A DNA stretch of 64,000 nucleotides from Eledone cirrhosa (GCA_964016885.1 OZ024742.1:78306001-78370000), one strand, 5' to 3'; shown: positions 1-16,575, counted from the first letter of the stretch. Made by a program: numbers and translations. The notes: generated from the sequence alone by a model not told the origin.

Positions 1-159
1 TTCTTATTACAAGTATAAACGTCACACAATCTCATTTCTAAACTTATAAATAATCAGAATGAATAATTTATAAATAAATCATATATACATACATAGGAAT
101 GCAAACATCCGTCTTTATATATCTATATATCTATATATCTATCTATCTCTCTCTCTTTC

Positions 160-194
<35 letters not shown>

Positions 195-668
195 ATATTG
201 TGGGTATAGTATATATGTATGTATGCTTGTATGTATCTCTTCTGGTTTTATTATCTTATAAAGTTTCAACAATAGAGGGAGCCAGTTCAGATCAAAGGAA
301 AAACATGTGTACGTAACACACTTTTATATATTTAAGCAAATACCTTAACAACCATCCGGTTATTAGACTAACCGAGTGGGAGTATAGTATAAATTGAAGT
401 GCATTCGAACAGGAGCGTGTGCTTTTATTGGCAGCATGACCCTCGCAATGTATAACAATATCTGTTTCAATACGCATTTTAAGATAACAAATTTACCAAA
501 ACATACAAAAACAAAGTATATATCTACAATGGGGCCATGCCCGGAGCGCATGTTCCGTTAGCTTAGAAGGTCGTCATATTCAACCTATGCTGATGAAATG
601 GAACCGGAAATTGCTTAGTTCAAAGACGGGAGATAATACATAACACAGTATGTATGTATATATATATA

Positions 669-758
669 AGTGGTTACACAACAGTTAGTTCACCATACTT
701 AACTCGTCCCATCGACTGAGTGCTCTACCACTACGGATATTACCTTCCAGTGTTCTAC

Positions 759-762
<4 letters not shown>
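669..762 (+). mobile_element. 3' tail fragment of a (TA)n-anchored PLE-derived element
   Basis: Ends ...gactgagtgctctaccactacggatattaccttccagtgttctactac(TA)n. Diverged inverted copy at 806-866 and a third copy at 35308-35410. Confidence 0.6.
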
Positions 763-805
<43 letters not shown>

Positions 806-810
<5 letters not shown>

Positions 811-975
811 GTAGGACACTGGGAGGTAATATCCGTAGTAAGTAGAGCACTCAGTCCGTGGAACGAGATCGGTATAAAGTTATTCTGTAGAATTCCTCTT
901 TTCGACTATAAGACAATATTCGAGTTGAAAATCCACAAGGTGTAACACGTGTCCTCGGAAATGGTTGCGGAAATA

Positions 976-980
<5 letters not shown>
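806..980 (-). mobile_element. Second copy of the same tail family, tail-to-tail across (TA)n
   Basis: 806-866 is a diverged reverse complement of 702-762; bounded by (TA)n on both sides. Confidence 0.6.
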
Positions 981-1067
<87 letters not shown>

Positions 1068-1080
1068 CATAAATATATAT

Positions 1081-1387
1081 ATACAAATTTTGAGTATATG
1101 TTGGTTGTTTACCGACACCTAAGTATGCAGATTGGAGCACTCGACGAAGTACGCAGGTTGGTTTGTTTACTCTGGAGTAATGTAAAATAATTAAGTCAAA
1201 TAAGTAAAATTTGGCTTTGTTTATTATAAATTATAGATATACTGGTATATATATTTCGGTGACAGCCATCATTCGGACTGCCTGAAGACGTCACAGCCAA
1301 TGATAGCTGTCACCGAAATATATACACCAGTATATCTATAATTTATAATAAACGAAGCCAAATTTTACCTATTTGACTTAATTATTT

Positions 1388-1391
<4 letters not shown>
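1081..1391. mobile_element. Fold-back PLE-type mini-element with hammerhead
   Basis: Inverted arms ~1180-1272 and ~1300-1391, unique tail ~1081-1179, (TA)n on both flanks. Confidence 0.8.
1277..1331 (+). ncRNA. Type I hammerhead ribozyme motif (slightly decayed)
   Basis: actgc-CTGAAGA-cgtc-acagc/gctgt-cacc-GAAA-tatataca-ccagt; closely resembles the intact motif at 7793-7848. Confidence 0.65.
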
Positions 1392-1475
<84 letters not shown>

Positions 1476-1928
1476 CATACAGGAATGGTTTTATATAGCA
1501 AACAGTTTCATTCTCATTAGAATTTCAATGTACTAAGTCGCTGATAGAGAAATGTCCTTAAATAGGAAACATTACGGTGAAAAACATAGTGAGAAAAAAA
1601 AACGTTGCTAGAAAAACAATTGATGGAAACATTTGCATGTAATCTTTAAATACTGTAGAATGAAAGTAATTCACGTATTATTCAGAGATTATTGTTTTCT
1701 CGTCAGTAGATAACTACCCTATGAGTCTCTTTACAGGGAAAACTTACAATAGCATGAAGGTAATCTCTCACGTGTTTGTATGGTGTTGATTTTTTTAGTT
1801 CATGTACAAAATCATAGTAGAAAGTTTTTACATTTCATTCTTTTTAGAGAGAAAGCATCTAATTTTATTTAAAATTTGTAGATTTATTTACATTTAATTT
1901 ACTTTGAATCTTCTAATATAAGATTATT

Positions 1929-2222
1929 ATCCCGCCGAGGTTAACTTTGCCTTTCATCCTTACGGGGTCGAAAAAATAAAGTACCAGTAATGCACTGAGT
2001 ATTTGCTGGCCTTGTGCCAAAAGTGGAAACAATTATTTGATTGACGGTATCGGTAGAGGGTCGAACGCCATGCTTTGCAACATATAGTATGGCCCTTTAC
2101 GGTCTGAGTTCAAATGCCGCGGAGGTTAATTTTGCCTTTCATCATTACGGGGTCGATAAAATAAAGTACCAGTAATACACTGGATAATTGCTGGGTTTGT
2201 GCCAAAAGTAGAAACAATTATT
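1929..2222 (+). mobile_element. Two tandem tRNA-derived SINE copies (Nin-domain-like core)
   Basis: B-box-like gagttcaaatgcc followed by ttgcctttcatc.ttacggggtcga.aaaataaagtaccagt and 3' ccaaaagt.gaaacaattatt; about 10 relatives in the window. Confidence 0.85.
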
Positions 2223-2329
2223 TACTTAGGGCGGGGAATGGCAGTATCGGTGGAGCACCTGACAACATACTTTGAACATAGAGTTACGCATAGAGTTTGT
2301 AGCATAGAGTATGTATATATATACATATA

Positions 2330-2419
<90 letters not shown>

Positions 2420-2424
<5 letters not shown>

Positions 2425-3590
2425 AAAAAGGACGAGTGGTTACTCCTTCATTACGTTTACTGGTTGATGACGCGCGTTTCACCACTGATATATATATATA
2501 TAACTCCCGCACCGCGGTACACCACCCCTATCAAATACACTACGCCACTACACCAATACTTACTCTAGTAGCACACCTCCCCCATCTAATCCTTGTAACA
2601 CTGACCAACCGCTTAGGTTAAACTACCCTACTCTCACTAACCGCAGCAGTAACTGCCGTTACCCTAATGCATGCCCACTAAATGGACACTGCCTGACAGC
2701 CAACATAGTCTATAGGTGCACGGTTAAAACTGCTTCGAATACCAGCTCCTATATCGGGTCTACCTCTAACCCTTTTAAGGTACGCTATAACGCGAACTCT
2801 TTTTCCTTCCGAGACCCTAACAACAGATGTTCGACATCTCTAGCTAGGCTCATTAAAAACCTTAAATTAACCAACATTTAACACTCACTAACATGTGATA
2901 TCTTAGCTAGGGCCCAACCGTTCAATGGACGAAGAAAATCTTGTGATCTCTATATTACCGAAGCATATTACATAACTCCATCACGACCTCTACCGATTAA
3001 CGATAGAACGGAGGTAGCTATTAGCTGTCAACATCGAAGGGCTAATTCCTTCGCCAACAGAATATTTGACCCAACATAGTCATCTAGCCCCATTTTTACT
3101 TGTAGCTAATAAGTTAAATAGCTATAACTAACTTAGATAATTATAAGTTACCTCCCTTACATTGTCTCTCAATTAAAAAAATAGCACTTAATTATAAACT
3201 ACCCACAATTTCTAATCTCTCGAGGAGTTACTTCCCCCTGAAACCACCCTCTAATTAGTAAGGTAAATATGTCCATTGCCGGCCATCTTGTTACCCATAG
3301 GCAGATCTCACACAATGCAGCCTCGACAGAAGAATACTGCTTGATTATAGCAGGCAATTGATACACCCAGGACACCATAGTGAAATACCAATATATGGAA
3401 CATTACATTTATGTAACATTCTTTCCTTATTTTAATTTATATTCCTGTGAAGTTCCGATGAGCCGCTCTATCTTTAACTATGTTAATTATTTTCAACTGA
3501 ACCAGATCAATAATGATATATAGTCATTGGATCCAGAAATATTATATGGAGTAGCGAAACAATTGTAAACGGACATTATTATTATTAATA
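2420..3590 (+). mobile_element. 5'-truncated PLE: GIY-YIG endonuclease remnant, 3' UTR and hammerhead
   Basis: 2645-3060 translates as SSNCRYPNACPLNGHCLTANIVYRCTV...SYIGSTSNPFKVRY...CDLYITE...SCQHRR (PLE C-terminal GIY-YIG, with a stop). An inverted HHR 3' half (GAAAcgcgcgTC) lies at ~2465-2485 on the minus strand. Confidence 0.85.
3452..3570 (+). ncRNA. Type I hammerhead, CCGAUGA variant, long stem II
   Basis: gtt-CCGATGA-gc...gc-GAAA-caattg-TA-aac; palindromic stem III acaattgt. Confidence 0.65.
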
Positions 3591-3752
3591 TTATTGCTGG
3601 CCTTATGCCAAAAGTAGAAACAATTATTATTAATATTATTATTATTCTCTACATTCCTTACATCAAACTAAAATATGTTGACAATTCTTTAATAATGTCT
3701 TCCTTGTGAAATTTGTAGTCTTGTTTTGCTTAACTAATGAATATATCGTATA

Positions 3753-4716
3753 CTAGCAGTAAAGCCCGGCGTTACTCGGGGTCGCTCAGTAGCTGTGTTA
3801 AAGTTACAATGTTAAGTTTCTTTTTTGGCTTAAAAACTGTAGTGTCTACTGTGCAGACTTGCATGTGGTGTTTTTTATTAATATTCCCTCAACCAACAAT
3901 ATGCCTTATGAAGTTAAGAAAACATAACGATAACCCGAATGTTATAACAAAAGAGGATGCTGGGGATAAAAACTGCACTGGTTATTTATTAACAAAGATC
4001 GAAAATGTAAACACTGCAACGCAGAGAAAAATATTAGCGTAACCAAATTATCAGTTATGTCTGTCTGCACGCCTATATCACCTCTCTGCACGACTGTCTG
4101 TCTGCACGCCTATATCACCTCTCTGCACGACTATCTGTCTGCACGCGTATATCACCTCTCTACACGACTGTCTGTCTGCACGCGTATATCACCTCTCTGC
4201 ACGACTGTCTGTCTGCACGACTGTCTGTCTGCACGCCTAACGAAATTTACAGATACATATATTTTAAATAAACTTATATAATTTTTGCTTTTTTTTACGA
4301 AATATTTGCTTGTTTTACGTAGTCTTTAAATAGACTTGTTTTCAAGTAAAAATATTGTTTTAAAAGGCTTTTAAATGGAAATGAAGCAAAACGGAAGCTT
4401 AGTGTTCGAACTGATGAATTTTGCAGGTCAAAATTTTGCTGGCTCGACAACTGTTCGCGTATTGTGTTAATGTCATTTTAAACGCTGAGAAAGCCAGCGT
4501 AATTTTTTTAATTTTTGCACGCAGAAAATGTAAACAGAACAAAGGGAAATAACTCGTCACTTACGCTCAAAAATCGATACATTAGATTCGATTTCGTCAC
4601 ATAGGGCTCAATGTACAAGTATAGCAATTTCGGTGCAATTCCGTCAGAGATTCTAAGAGGAGATGTGTGCCAAAAATCGATAGACAGACAGACAACCACA
4701 GCTTTATATATATAGA
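3753..4716 (-). mobile_element. Non-autonomous Helitron
   Basis: Minus strand starts TCTATATATATAAAG and ends with a cccg..cggg hairpin plus CTAG, inserted between A and T. Internal minisatellite at 4057-4240. Confidence 0.8.
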
Positions 4717-4749
4717 TATATATATAATTTTTTCCCTTGCTACAATAAT

Positions 4750-5615
4750 GTTAGTCCAGACATTTCACGAACGAATGTGCAAAAACGCAACGAAAAGTGG
4801 AAACTATAACCTTATCCAACAGCGCGACCACACCCTCAGTCAGCAACCACTCCCTAAACAAGAAAACTCATTTTTAGCTACGATAAACCTGGCAAAAGAG
4901 ATACAAAAAAAAGTTCTAGCTATCACAGGACGCACACCTTTGTTATTACCCCAGTGCATCAACTTCCTTCGCTGTCTCTAACAAACAAACATAAAACTGG
5001 CCCCCTGAAACATTCAAAACCAGCCATACGCTAGCCTTAATATTTCTACTCAATGCAGAACGTGTTATCTCTTCTATCAATGCACAACAATGGCACGTCT
5101 AATTCATTGAGGATTGGGTTGACAACCATCCACACCACATCCGTCTCTTCATCCTAATTGAAACCAATCTCAACAGATCCCACCTGGAAGCCGAAGTGAA
5201 AATGAGGAATTTTACACCCATCCACCCAGATCGTGTCGACAGAAGAAATAAAATATTAGCCAATGGCTGCTGTAAAGCGGTCACCGTACACAACGAAGCC
5301 AATAGGCCAATCCAAACGCCCATACTGTGCTTAACAGATGCCTCGACAGCATTAAGTGCTTTATACAACAGTACCATCCTAGTAACATACTAATCACGAG
5401 AGACTTCTATCTACTCTATGTTAATTGATCTATAAACAGTTTGTGTGTGCTTGTGTGTGTGTGTGTTCTTCTGAAGGACGGAAAGCGATCACAGTAAAAT
5501 TGATTACTCAATACGTTATGTTGAGATATCACTTACTATATTTCGGATAGACATAACACCTCTGGACGACTAGAATTATTCCATTCCTTTCACATCATCA
5601 GGAAAGTTGCCTGAT
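4750..5615 (+). mobile_element. Heavily decayed PLE 3' end (GIY-YIG-like remnant and tail)
   Basis: Frameshifted VIF..C...FIG motif near 5060-5110; ctgaagga..gaaa near 5470; tactcaata/tatgttgag hairpin at 5505-5525; ends at (TA)n. Confidence 0.45.
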
Positions 5616-5628
5616 ATATATATGTATA

Positions 5629-5745
<117 letters not shown>

Positions 5746-5944
5746 AAATAAGACAGTTTTTGCTCCAGTCAGTCCACAAACATTCAGAAAACACCCTAAA
5801 CCGAAAGCCAACCTGTACTCATAATTCCTGCCAAACCAACTCGTACACACGCTCCATATTCGGCAATTCAAACGCGGAAATCTAATCTTCCCAAACTCTA
5901 GGCAGAAGATATATGCATTGTTATAGCATATAGCAAATTCACAT

Positions 5945-5975
<31 letters not shown>

Positions 5976-6610
5976 AATGACTCGTCACAAAACACGTCAT
6001 ATTGTAACATTATTGCAAGTAATCGTGCTATTTAAACATATTTGAAGTTATACATTGAAATATACAGAGAGAAAACAGGTTTGGTTGGAACTAAATTGAA
6101 TATATTGGTTTAATTATTGTGCTTCTGGTCCACGAACTAATCTCGATTATCTTTAGAGATTAATATATTTATTGAGGCCTACATTGTACGTTGGAGTAAA
6201 ATGTGTCTTCTAGAAAGAATTAAAATATATTTTTCTAAATTCGAAGATATGAAATAACGGTTCACTTGTGGAAAAAATAATAAGCAAGTGTAATTACAAC
6301 TTACTACTTTAGAAATAACTTGCTGGTTAACATTTAAAAAATTTCTATTTCTGGCGAAAAGTCATATAATTATTGTCATTATATTTTATGATACGGAATA
6401 CAGAAATAGTGGGAGAGCATTACAGATGACCAACAAAGATGGAAGCTGTATTCTGAAAACTGGACAAGGGGGGGGGTTATCTGAATGAAGTTGCAATAGA
6501 GATGTGCGCACACAGAAAAGAGATCACCTATAACAACAATTCCTTGAACAGACAGTTGTTATCTATATTATCTAGATTGCCATATATATTGAGATTTTGG
6601 TTTTGCAAGC

Positions 6611-6686
6611 CTGATGAGACAGATCGCACAGGAGTCGGGTCTATAGTATTTACATAGATCCTGAGCCAACGATCTGTGAAACGGTC
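6611..6686 (+). ncRNA. Hammerhead core in a PLE 3' end (~6000-6815)
   Basis: CTGATGA-g-acagatcg...cgatctgt-GAAA-cgGTC; stem I not evident; followed by the bulged hairpin at 6748-6767 and (TA)n. Confidence 0.6.
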
Positions 6687-6812
6687 ATAACTGTGTATAG
6701 ACAATTAACACCGAAATGTGAAACCTCGCTTTGTTTTTAATATATAAACTCTGCCATAGCATAGAGTGCTGTTTTGGTACCTTCCTCAATAGACCACGAC
6801 TCTACTGAATCA

Positions 6813-6895
<83 letters not shown>

Positions 6896-6897
<2 letters not shown>

Positions 6898-7705
6898 GAT
6901 ATTAAACAAATGGAAACTATATTTATAAAACCATATTTATTTCGTTATATATATTTCTGGGATATCATATTAAAAATATGGTATGCCTTCCTCAGACAAA
7001 ATACAATACATAAGCTGTTTTATAAATAATTAGTGACATACCTTGTAATAATGCAACTTCCATTTAAAAAGTTGATTTGGTAGTGAAACTGTTATGACAG
7101 TTATATAGAAAGAAAAACGAAGATGAGAAGAAGAAGATGAAGAGATGTATGTAAATAAAAAAAAAAAATAAAAAAAAAAAGAAGATGAAGAGATGTATGT
7201 AAAGAAAAACAACGGAGCGAGATAGAGAGACAAGGAGATATGATAGAGAGATATACATTGAGGAGGTGAAAAATATAGTAGGCTGCCTTTGGACAGATGA
7301 TCATCGTATATGTGAGAGGTTAAGGGAAGGGATACAGTTAAACTAGTGTTTTTTTTTTATTTACATACATCTCTTCATCTTCTTCTTCTCATCTTCGTTT
7401 TTCTTTCTATATAACTGTCATAACAGTTTCACTACCAAATCAACTTTTTAAATGGAAGTTGCATTATTACAAGGTATGTCACTAATTATTTATAAAACAG
7501 CTTATGTATTGTATTTTGTCTGAGGAAGGCATACCATATTTTTAATATGATATCCCAGAAATATATATAACGAAATAAATATGGTTTTATAAATGTAGTT
7601 TCCATTTGTTTAATATCGTAAACCTACTCCAGAAACTGTTGAGTGCTTTTATATCAGTTATAAAATATTTACTCGTTGTAACCCAACAATCTTAAATAAA
7701 ACTTT

Positions 7706-7710
<5 letters not shown>
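6896..7710. mobile_element. Fold-back PLE-type mini-element
   Basis: Near-perfect inverted arms 6896-7157 and 7358-7620, unique tail 7621-7710, (TA)n flanks; relative at 29745-30390. Confidence 0.85.
7512..7577 (+). ncRNA. Type I hammerhead (inverted copy at 6938-7003, minus)
   Basis: tattttgt-CTGAGGA-agg...cca-GAAA-tatatata-acgaaata; 8-bp stem I with one G-U pair. Confidence 0.8.
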
Positions 7711-7750
<40 letters not shown>

Positions 7751-7792
7751 TCGAAACATAAGTCAATTGCATGAACTCATAATCCTTTATTT

Positions 7793-7848
7793 ACTGCTAT
7801 ATATATTTCGATGATAGCCATTGTATGGCTATAACCTCATCAGGCAGT
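7793..7848 (-). ncRNA. Type I hammerhead, intact
   Basis: actgc-CTGATGA-ggtt-atagcca/tggctat-catc-GAAA-tatatata-gcagt. Confidence 0.85.
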
Positions 7849-8642
7849 TAGTAAGTTCTTAGATATGCCAGCTCTGGGTTTTGGTGTTGATGGTTTTAGA
7901 GCCTTGGGATGAGCTTGTTAGGGATAATTTAATGTGGTCAGTTTGTAGATGCTAGTAGGATTGGTATTTGACCTCAAAGAGGCAGGTGGTGTTGTAAAGT
8001 TCAAACTGTCAGGCAAGATGACAATAGTTCCACATGACTGAGTTTCACAAAAAGCATTCCTGGTCAGATATATATTCAATTGAGGTTTATAGTATGAAAT
8101 TCGATACTACAGGTCATTCTTAAATTGAGGAATTTATGTGGGGTGGTAATACTGAAAATGATATATATATGGAGGGCGAGAGGTGATGAAAACATGTGTA
8201 GATGTAAATGAAGAAGAGGAGAACTTTTATAAGCTTTCACCCCCTTACACATATTTTGAAGGATATACGTGTATAACATTTTAGTTTTCTTGCAATAAAC
8301 ATATAAAAAATGTTAATGCATCTGCATAGTATACAGATAAGGGAAACCGCACATGAATAACGAGCAGATAGTTGCTGTTGAAATATTTGAAATTTGAATT
8401 TTGTTCCCTAGCGGTAGTTGACTCACACCTGCTTCAAACTGCAGACAAATGTTAGAAGCCGTACTGATTGATAATGAAAGCAACGGGGAATTTTGTTCTA
8501 CGTTTTTAATAACAAAATCATTACTAACTCACCAGTGCAGTTAACCTGAAGCAGGAAAAGTCTAATAAGATTTGTGATCGTATGTGTTATGTTAATATTT
8601 TCTAAATGTTCAGTCTTTCTGTCTACTTAACAATCTATCTAT

Positions 8643-10800
8643 CAGTTTTGAAAACACGATGTCGGACGTTGATTGTAACATCAACACTAACACAAACACC
8701 AATAACATGCAAAATATAAACAACACCAACCAGAACAACAACAACAACAACAATAATGACAACAAGAACAACAACAGCAACAATGATAACAACAACACCA
8801 CCACCAACAACAACAGCAATGATAACAACAACACCACCAACAACAACAACAACATGAACAACTCCACGAACAAGGAAAAGATTTCTTTTGCTCAAACCGT
8901 CCAAAAGACGAAACTGTTCACATACCTTGACATTTCAAATGCTAGGGAAATGTTAAGCGATGTTACAGTACGTAACTTTTGGTGAGAGTGGTGCTTTCAG
9001 CATCATTTCTCCTCAACAGTTACGGAGAGAAACTGTTCTAAAAACAGTAATTTTTAGGATGGTTTCAAATGTGTCAAAAAAAACCAGTTCGGTTATCCCA
9101 AAACGATATTGAACTGGTTCTGAAGAATTTCATGAAGGATATTACCTTCATCCAAAAAGGGAAACTTTTTGGAAGCATTTCGGTGTTGTTAAAAGACCAA
9201 TTGACAGCACAAAAATATTCTGTATCGCCGATTGTGTCCTCCCTTTACACCTTTTTCCCCACATAGAACTCAAAAAATAAACATTTTGAACATTGCACCA
9301 AATGTAAACGTCTGGTGGATTCTAAGTGGCTTCATCGATTTCGACGAAGACACCATCGTTTCGGTGGGAAAGTCCTCCAGAGGCACATTCAATGGTACAA
9401 GAATGGAAGTTCTGGTCCAAATGAGGCCAGAACGGATAGCTAAAATACCCCAACGTGTGCCTCTGGGTGGAATTTCACACATAAACATTTCTGTTGAGGG
9501 TAGGCGGCCTTCATGTTACCACTGTTTAAGCAGTGGTCACCTGAAGGTTTACTGTCCTCAGTTAGCTAAAAGAAAAAAGAGGCACTACTGCCAACACCCA
9601 AAACAACAACACAACCACCACCACCACCACCACGACAACAACAACAACACGCAAACACAACCAAAACAAGAACAACAAACCAACCTGCAAGCACAGTCCC
9701 ACTCAACCCCACTCCACCTAAAACCACTGTAAAAACACCCACAAACACAACAGCTCCCCAAAACATACCCCTTCCAAATAACACAGACACCACAACGGGC
9801 GAGGCCCCCACATCATCACCAAGTGATGATGAGGGAGAGCCTCTCCGTTTGAAAAGAAAGAAGAAAGGACACCACAAGAACAAAAAAACAACAAACATCA
9901 CTACAAACATACAACCACGAACACAAACAACACAAACATTACAAACAAAAACCCCCCGTCCCGAAAACAAAACCACGACATCACTCCAAACACAAACACC
10001 TACAACAAAACGAAAACTCCCACAAGAACAACAGACAAAAACCACCGCAACACAACAAGAACATTACACATACATAAACAGTAAAAACAAAACTTTAATG
10101 GAGGTCATCTCCAACGACCCTTCGGTTTTCACCGAAGGGAAAACTTTTTCGAACTGTGTAGACAAACCTAATTTAAAGATGATTAGGGTCCCTACGGATA
10201 CCTATAAGTCTTTAAAAGAAAACTTTCCTAAGGATGTGGTTAATCCTTGTGTTAAACCCATTAACCGCGTCCTTTTAAAAAGTCCCCCCCCCCTCACCCC
10301 AGACACACCCACCCAGACACCCCCACCCCGCCAAACATCTCCGTCCCCAGCCCGCCGGAAACCACCACCCACCCAGACAACTCCTCTAACACCCCCATGG
10401 AAACCGTGCGGCCTGATCCCCGGGAGACGAAGAGGTGAATGTTTTCTTCTCTTTTAACTTTTCAGAACCAATATGGCCAATATAAGAGTTGGGTGTGTGA
10501 ATGTACGCGGCCTGGGGATGCCCTGGAAACAGGGCAAACTCTTAAACAACCTCAGGTCGCACAGTATGGGTGTAGTAGCCATTTGCGAGTCCAGGATCCA
10601 CAGCGAGCGACAGCTGGCCCCCATCTTCGATGACTTTGAGATCTACGCATATCTCTGTCAGCCGGGGGGTGGGGGCGGGGTTGCAGTTTTGCTGCGGAAA
10701 TACCTGGGCCTCGTAACACAGACGGTACATCTGGACCCGGAGGGTCGACTGGTAGTCCTAGACGTTGACGGTAGTGAAGGTGAGGCCTTCAGGCTAGTTT
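8643..10800 (+). mobile_element. L1/Tx1-clade LINE 5' part: ORF1 (poly-Asn N-terminus, CCHC knuckle) and start of ORF2 AP endonuclease; pseudogenised and 3'-truncated
   Basis: CYHCLSSGHLKVYCP zinc knuckle; ORF2 starts MANIRVGCVNVRGLG...AICESR...GGVAVLL...DPEGRLVVLD; homologous to 41040-42540. Confidence 0.9.
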
Positions 10801-11408
10801 GATATTACACTATGGTAGGATTATCAAATACTGATATTTTTTACTCAGTAATGTTTTAAGCATTAGTCAACTTAATTAAAGTTTAAACACGGTGCACAGT
10901 GAACTAACATTCTGTACAAATCAGTTTCAGTTGTTTAATAAGAGCACAAGTGCTGTATCTGGAAGTGTTTGGAAGGGTTTGTTAGAAATAACACCACTAC
11001 AATAGTGGGAAATTACCGATAGATAAGTGACATGTCCAAGGAGAGACGGATACTTTCATCAGTCTACTACGAGGTAAGGTAGAAATAAGTAGCAGTTTCT
11101 TGGAACTTTTTCACTTCGGAAATGATTAGAGCTACAAAGACATGATTGGAAGAGATACGGCTACGGAAGATGCAAAGACCAATTATCGTAATAGTGTTCA
11201 GTGCATCAATAAATAAGATGTTCAAATAAGAGAGCTATATCTAAAATGTTAGGACCCTAACATCTTCAACTTCGCATTTTCCTCTTTAATAATATACTAT
11301 AATATACTCCGTCATCCTTGTTATTAGGAAGTAATATGACGTTGAGTGCTAGAAGAGATTTGCATCCTTGTCAAACGAATGTATATATATATATACATAT
11401 ATATATGT

Positions 11409-11747
11409 GTAATCTGAGTTTTTCGAATATTAATAATAACATTCGATTCGTTTGCAATTATGCAAACAAGCCTCATTTTTAAAACCCTGTCAGTAGAATG
11501 AACACTTCATTCTTGCTCTTGTGTTGGCATGCGAACAGAACTTTACACACTAATGTTTCTGGGTATCACCCTTCATCAGTACAGCTCACTGTTTACATGC
11601 CAACACAAGAATAAGAATGAAGGGTTCATTCAACTGACAAGGCTTTAAAAATGAGGCTTGTTTGCATAATTGCAAACGAATCGAATGGTATTATTAATAT
11701 TCGAAAAACTCAGATTACATTTATTATATTCAGCCATGTAGAGCTGT

Positions 11748-11753
<6 letters not shown>
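11409..11753. mobile_element. Fold-back mini-element with a hammerhead in the spacer
   Basis: Arms 11409-11531 and 11597-11718; minus-strand CTGATGAagggtgatacccaGAAA at 11540-11585 with a mutated cleavage triplet; second copy at 32525-32922. Confidence 0.85.
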
Positions 11754-11799
<46 letters not shown>

Positions 11800-11800
<1 letters not shown>

Positions 11801-12350
11801 TTAGCGAGAATCGCATTTCGGCGGGTAGAAATTGGTGAAACGCAACTTCTGTATTGTGCAGACAAGCGCTCCATGGATATGAAGATACCAGAGCTATAAA
11901 CATAAGTTTAAAAGGTGATACAAACTGAGACGATGGTTAAGAAGCCATTAACCGCCTTAGCCAAAAAGGCGAACAAGCTAAACGGGTCAAACAAAATAAG
12001 ATATGATTGAAATAGTTACCCGGACCCTCGGGGAAGATGGAATACTCCGATATCTGGGTTTCTGCAACACCTAAATCAATAATACTGTCTGCTTATAAAA
12101 AATAAGCTTTTGGTATAATGATCGAACAAGGCATTGCTTTCACAACAGGCATTTTGCTCTTCGTGCGCCAGAATCTCACAGGTTATGAAAGCACATGTGA
12201 GGTTCTAAGGGGAGGAAACCCCTATTTTGTCCAGTGAATTCAGCATGTGTAGTTATTGCAAAAATTCGCAAAAAGCAGAACAAAATGAATTTAGCTCTCG
12301 ACCGAGTTGTTTTTAAAATAAACTTAAGCGATCAATCAGTCAATAGAGTT
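11800..12350 (-). mobile_element. Possible PLE N-terminal ORF remnant
   Basis: Minus translation RRAKCLL*KQCLVRSLYQKLIFYK resembles the PLE N-terminal FL..C....PKF motif; lies between microsatellites. Confidence 0.35.
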
Positions 12351-12374
12351 AACATATATATATATGTGTGTGTA

Positions 12375-12499
<125 letters not shown>

Positions 12500-12526
12500 A
12501 AAAGGAGAATTTCTTACGTCTCCAGT

Positions 12527-12602
12527 AGTGACGCGCGTTTCGCTGTTGATCAGATCAAGGTTCAATCTATCCCGACACTAGAGTCAAACACCTCGTCGGA
12601 CC
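12527..12602 (-). ncRNA. Type I hammerhead, CCGACGA variant
   Basis: ggt-CCGACGA-ggtgtttga...tcaacagc-GAAA-cgcgcg-TC-act. Confidence 0.65.
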
Positions 12603-12610
12603 TCTGTTGA

Positions 12611-12978
12611 GGGCGGTGGATTGACAGTGTCAGTAGAGGGTCGTATGCAATGCAATTACCCAGTGCATTACTGGTAAGGATGAAAGGCAAAGTTAACCTC
12701 GGCGGGATTTGAACTCAGACCATAAAGGACCGTAACTCTATGCTGCAAAGCATGGTGTCCGACGCTCTACCGATACTGCCAATCCAATAATAATTGTTTC
12801 TACTTTTGGCACAAGGCCAGCAATTATCTCAGTGTATTACTGGTACTTTATTTTATCGACCCCGTAAGGATGAAAGGCAAAGTTAACCTCGGCGGGATTT
12901 GAACTCAGACCATAAAGGGCGGTAACTCTTTGCTGCAAATCATAGCGTCCGACCCTCTACCGATACTGCCAATCCAAT
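12611..12978 (-). mobile_element. Cluster of tRNA-derived SINE copies
   Basis: Reverse complement of the 2040-2222 family (aaggatgaaaggcaaagttaacctcggcgggatttgaactcag) twice, plus a short forward head piece. Confidence 0.85.
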
Positions 12979-12989
12979 AATGATATATA

Positions 12990-16264
<3,275 letters not shown>

Positions 16265-16511
16265 AATGGAATAGAATGAAACGAAATTTCATTTCTCACT
16301 CTTAGTACGGCACTTACTTAAATGTAAGTATGTATGTATACATACATACATATATGTATACAGACGTACAGTGTTGAACAAAAAGGTGACGTGGTTGCCT
16401 AAACACTGTACGGCGTAAATCAGGGTGTTCGTTTGTTTACAAACGAACAAAGCGAACATTATAATAAATGTTCGGTAAACTGATACGTGCATATATATGT
16501 GTGTGCCTGTA

Positions 16512-16575
<64 letters not shown>

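Larger units (their letters stand above)
7747..11380 (-). mobile_element. Decayed PLE (RT and GIY-YIG remnants) interrupted by a Tx1-like fragment
   Basis: HHR at its 3' end. Minus-strand remnants ISYYKPQLN (~8075-8100) and CGFP..NVI (~8270-8355), with weak RT-like pieces at 10800-11380. Confidence 0.45.

Noticed and set aside
590-620. ctgatga...gaaa possible hammerhead
   Set aside because: No convincing stems I-III.
2040-2120. tRNA-like A/B boxes as tRNA genes
   Set aside because: They are SINE heads fused to a repeated core, with no full cloverleaf.
4057-4240. Regularly spaced repeats resembling a CRISPR array (also 58708-59010 and 37720-37840)
   Set aside because: No unique spacers; these are Helitron-internal minisatellites or local duplications in a eukaryotic context.
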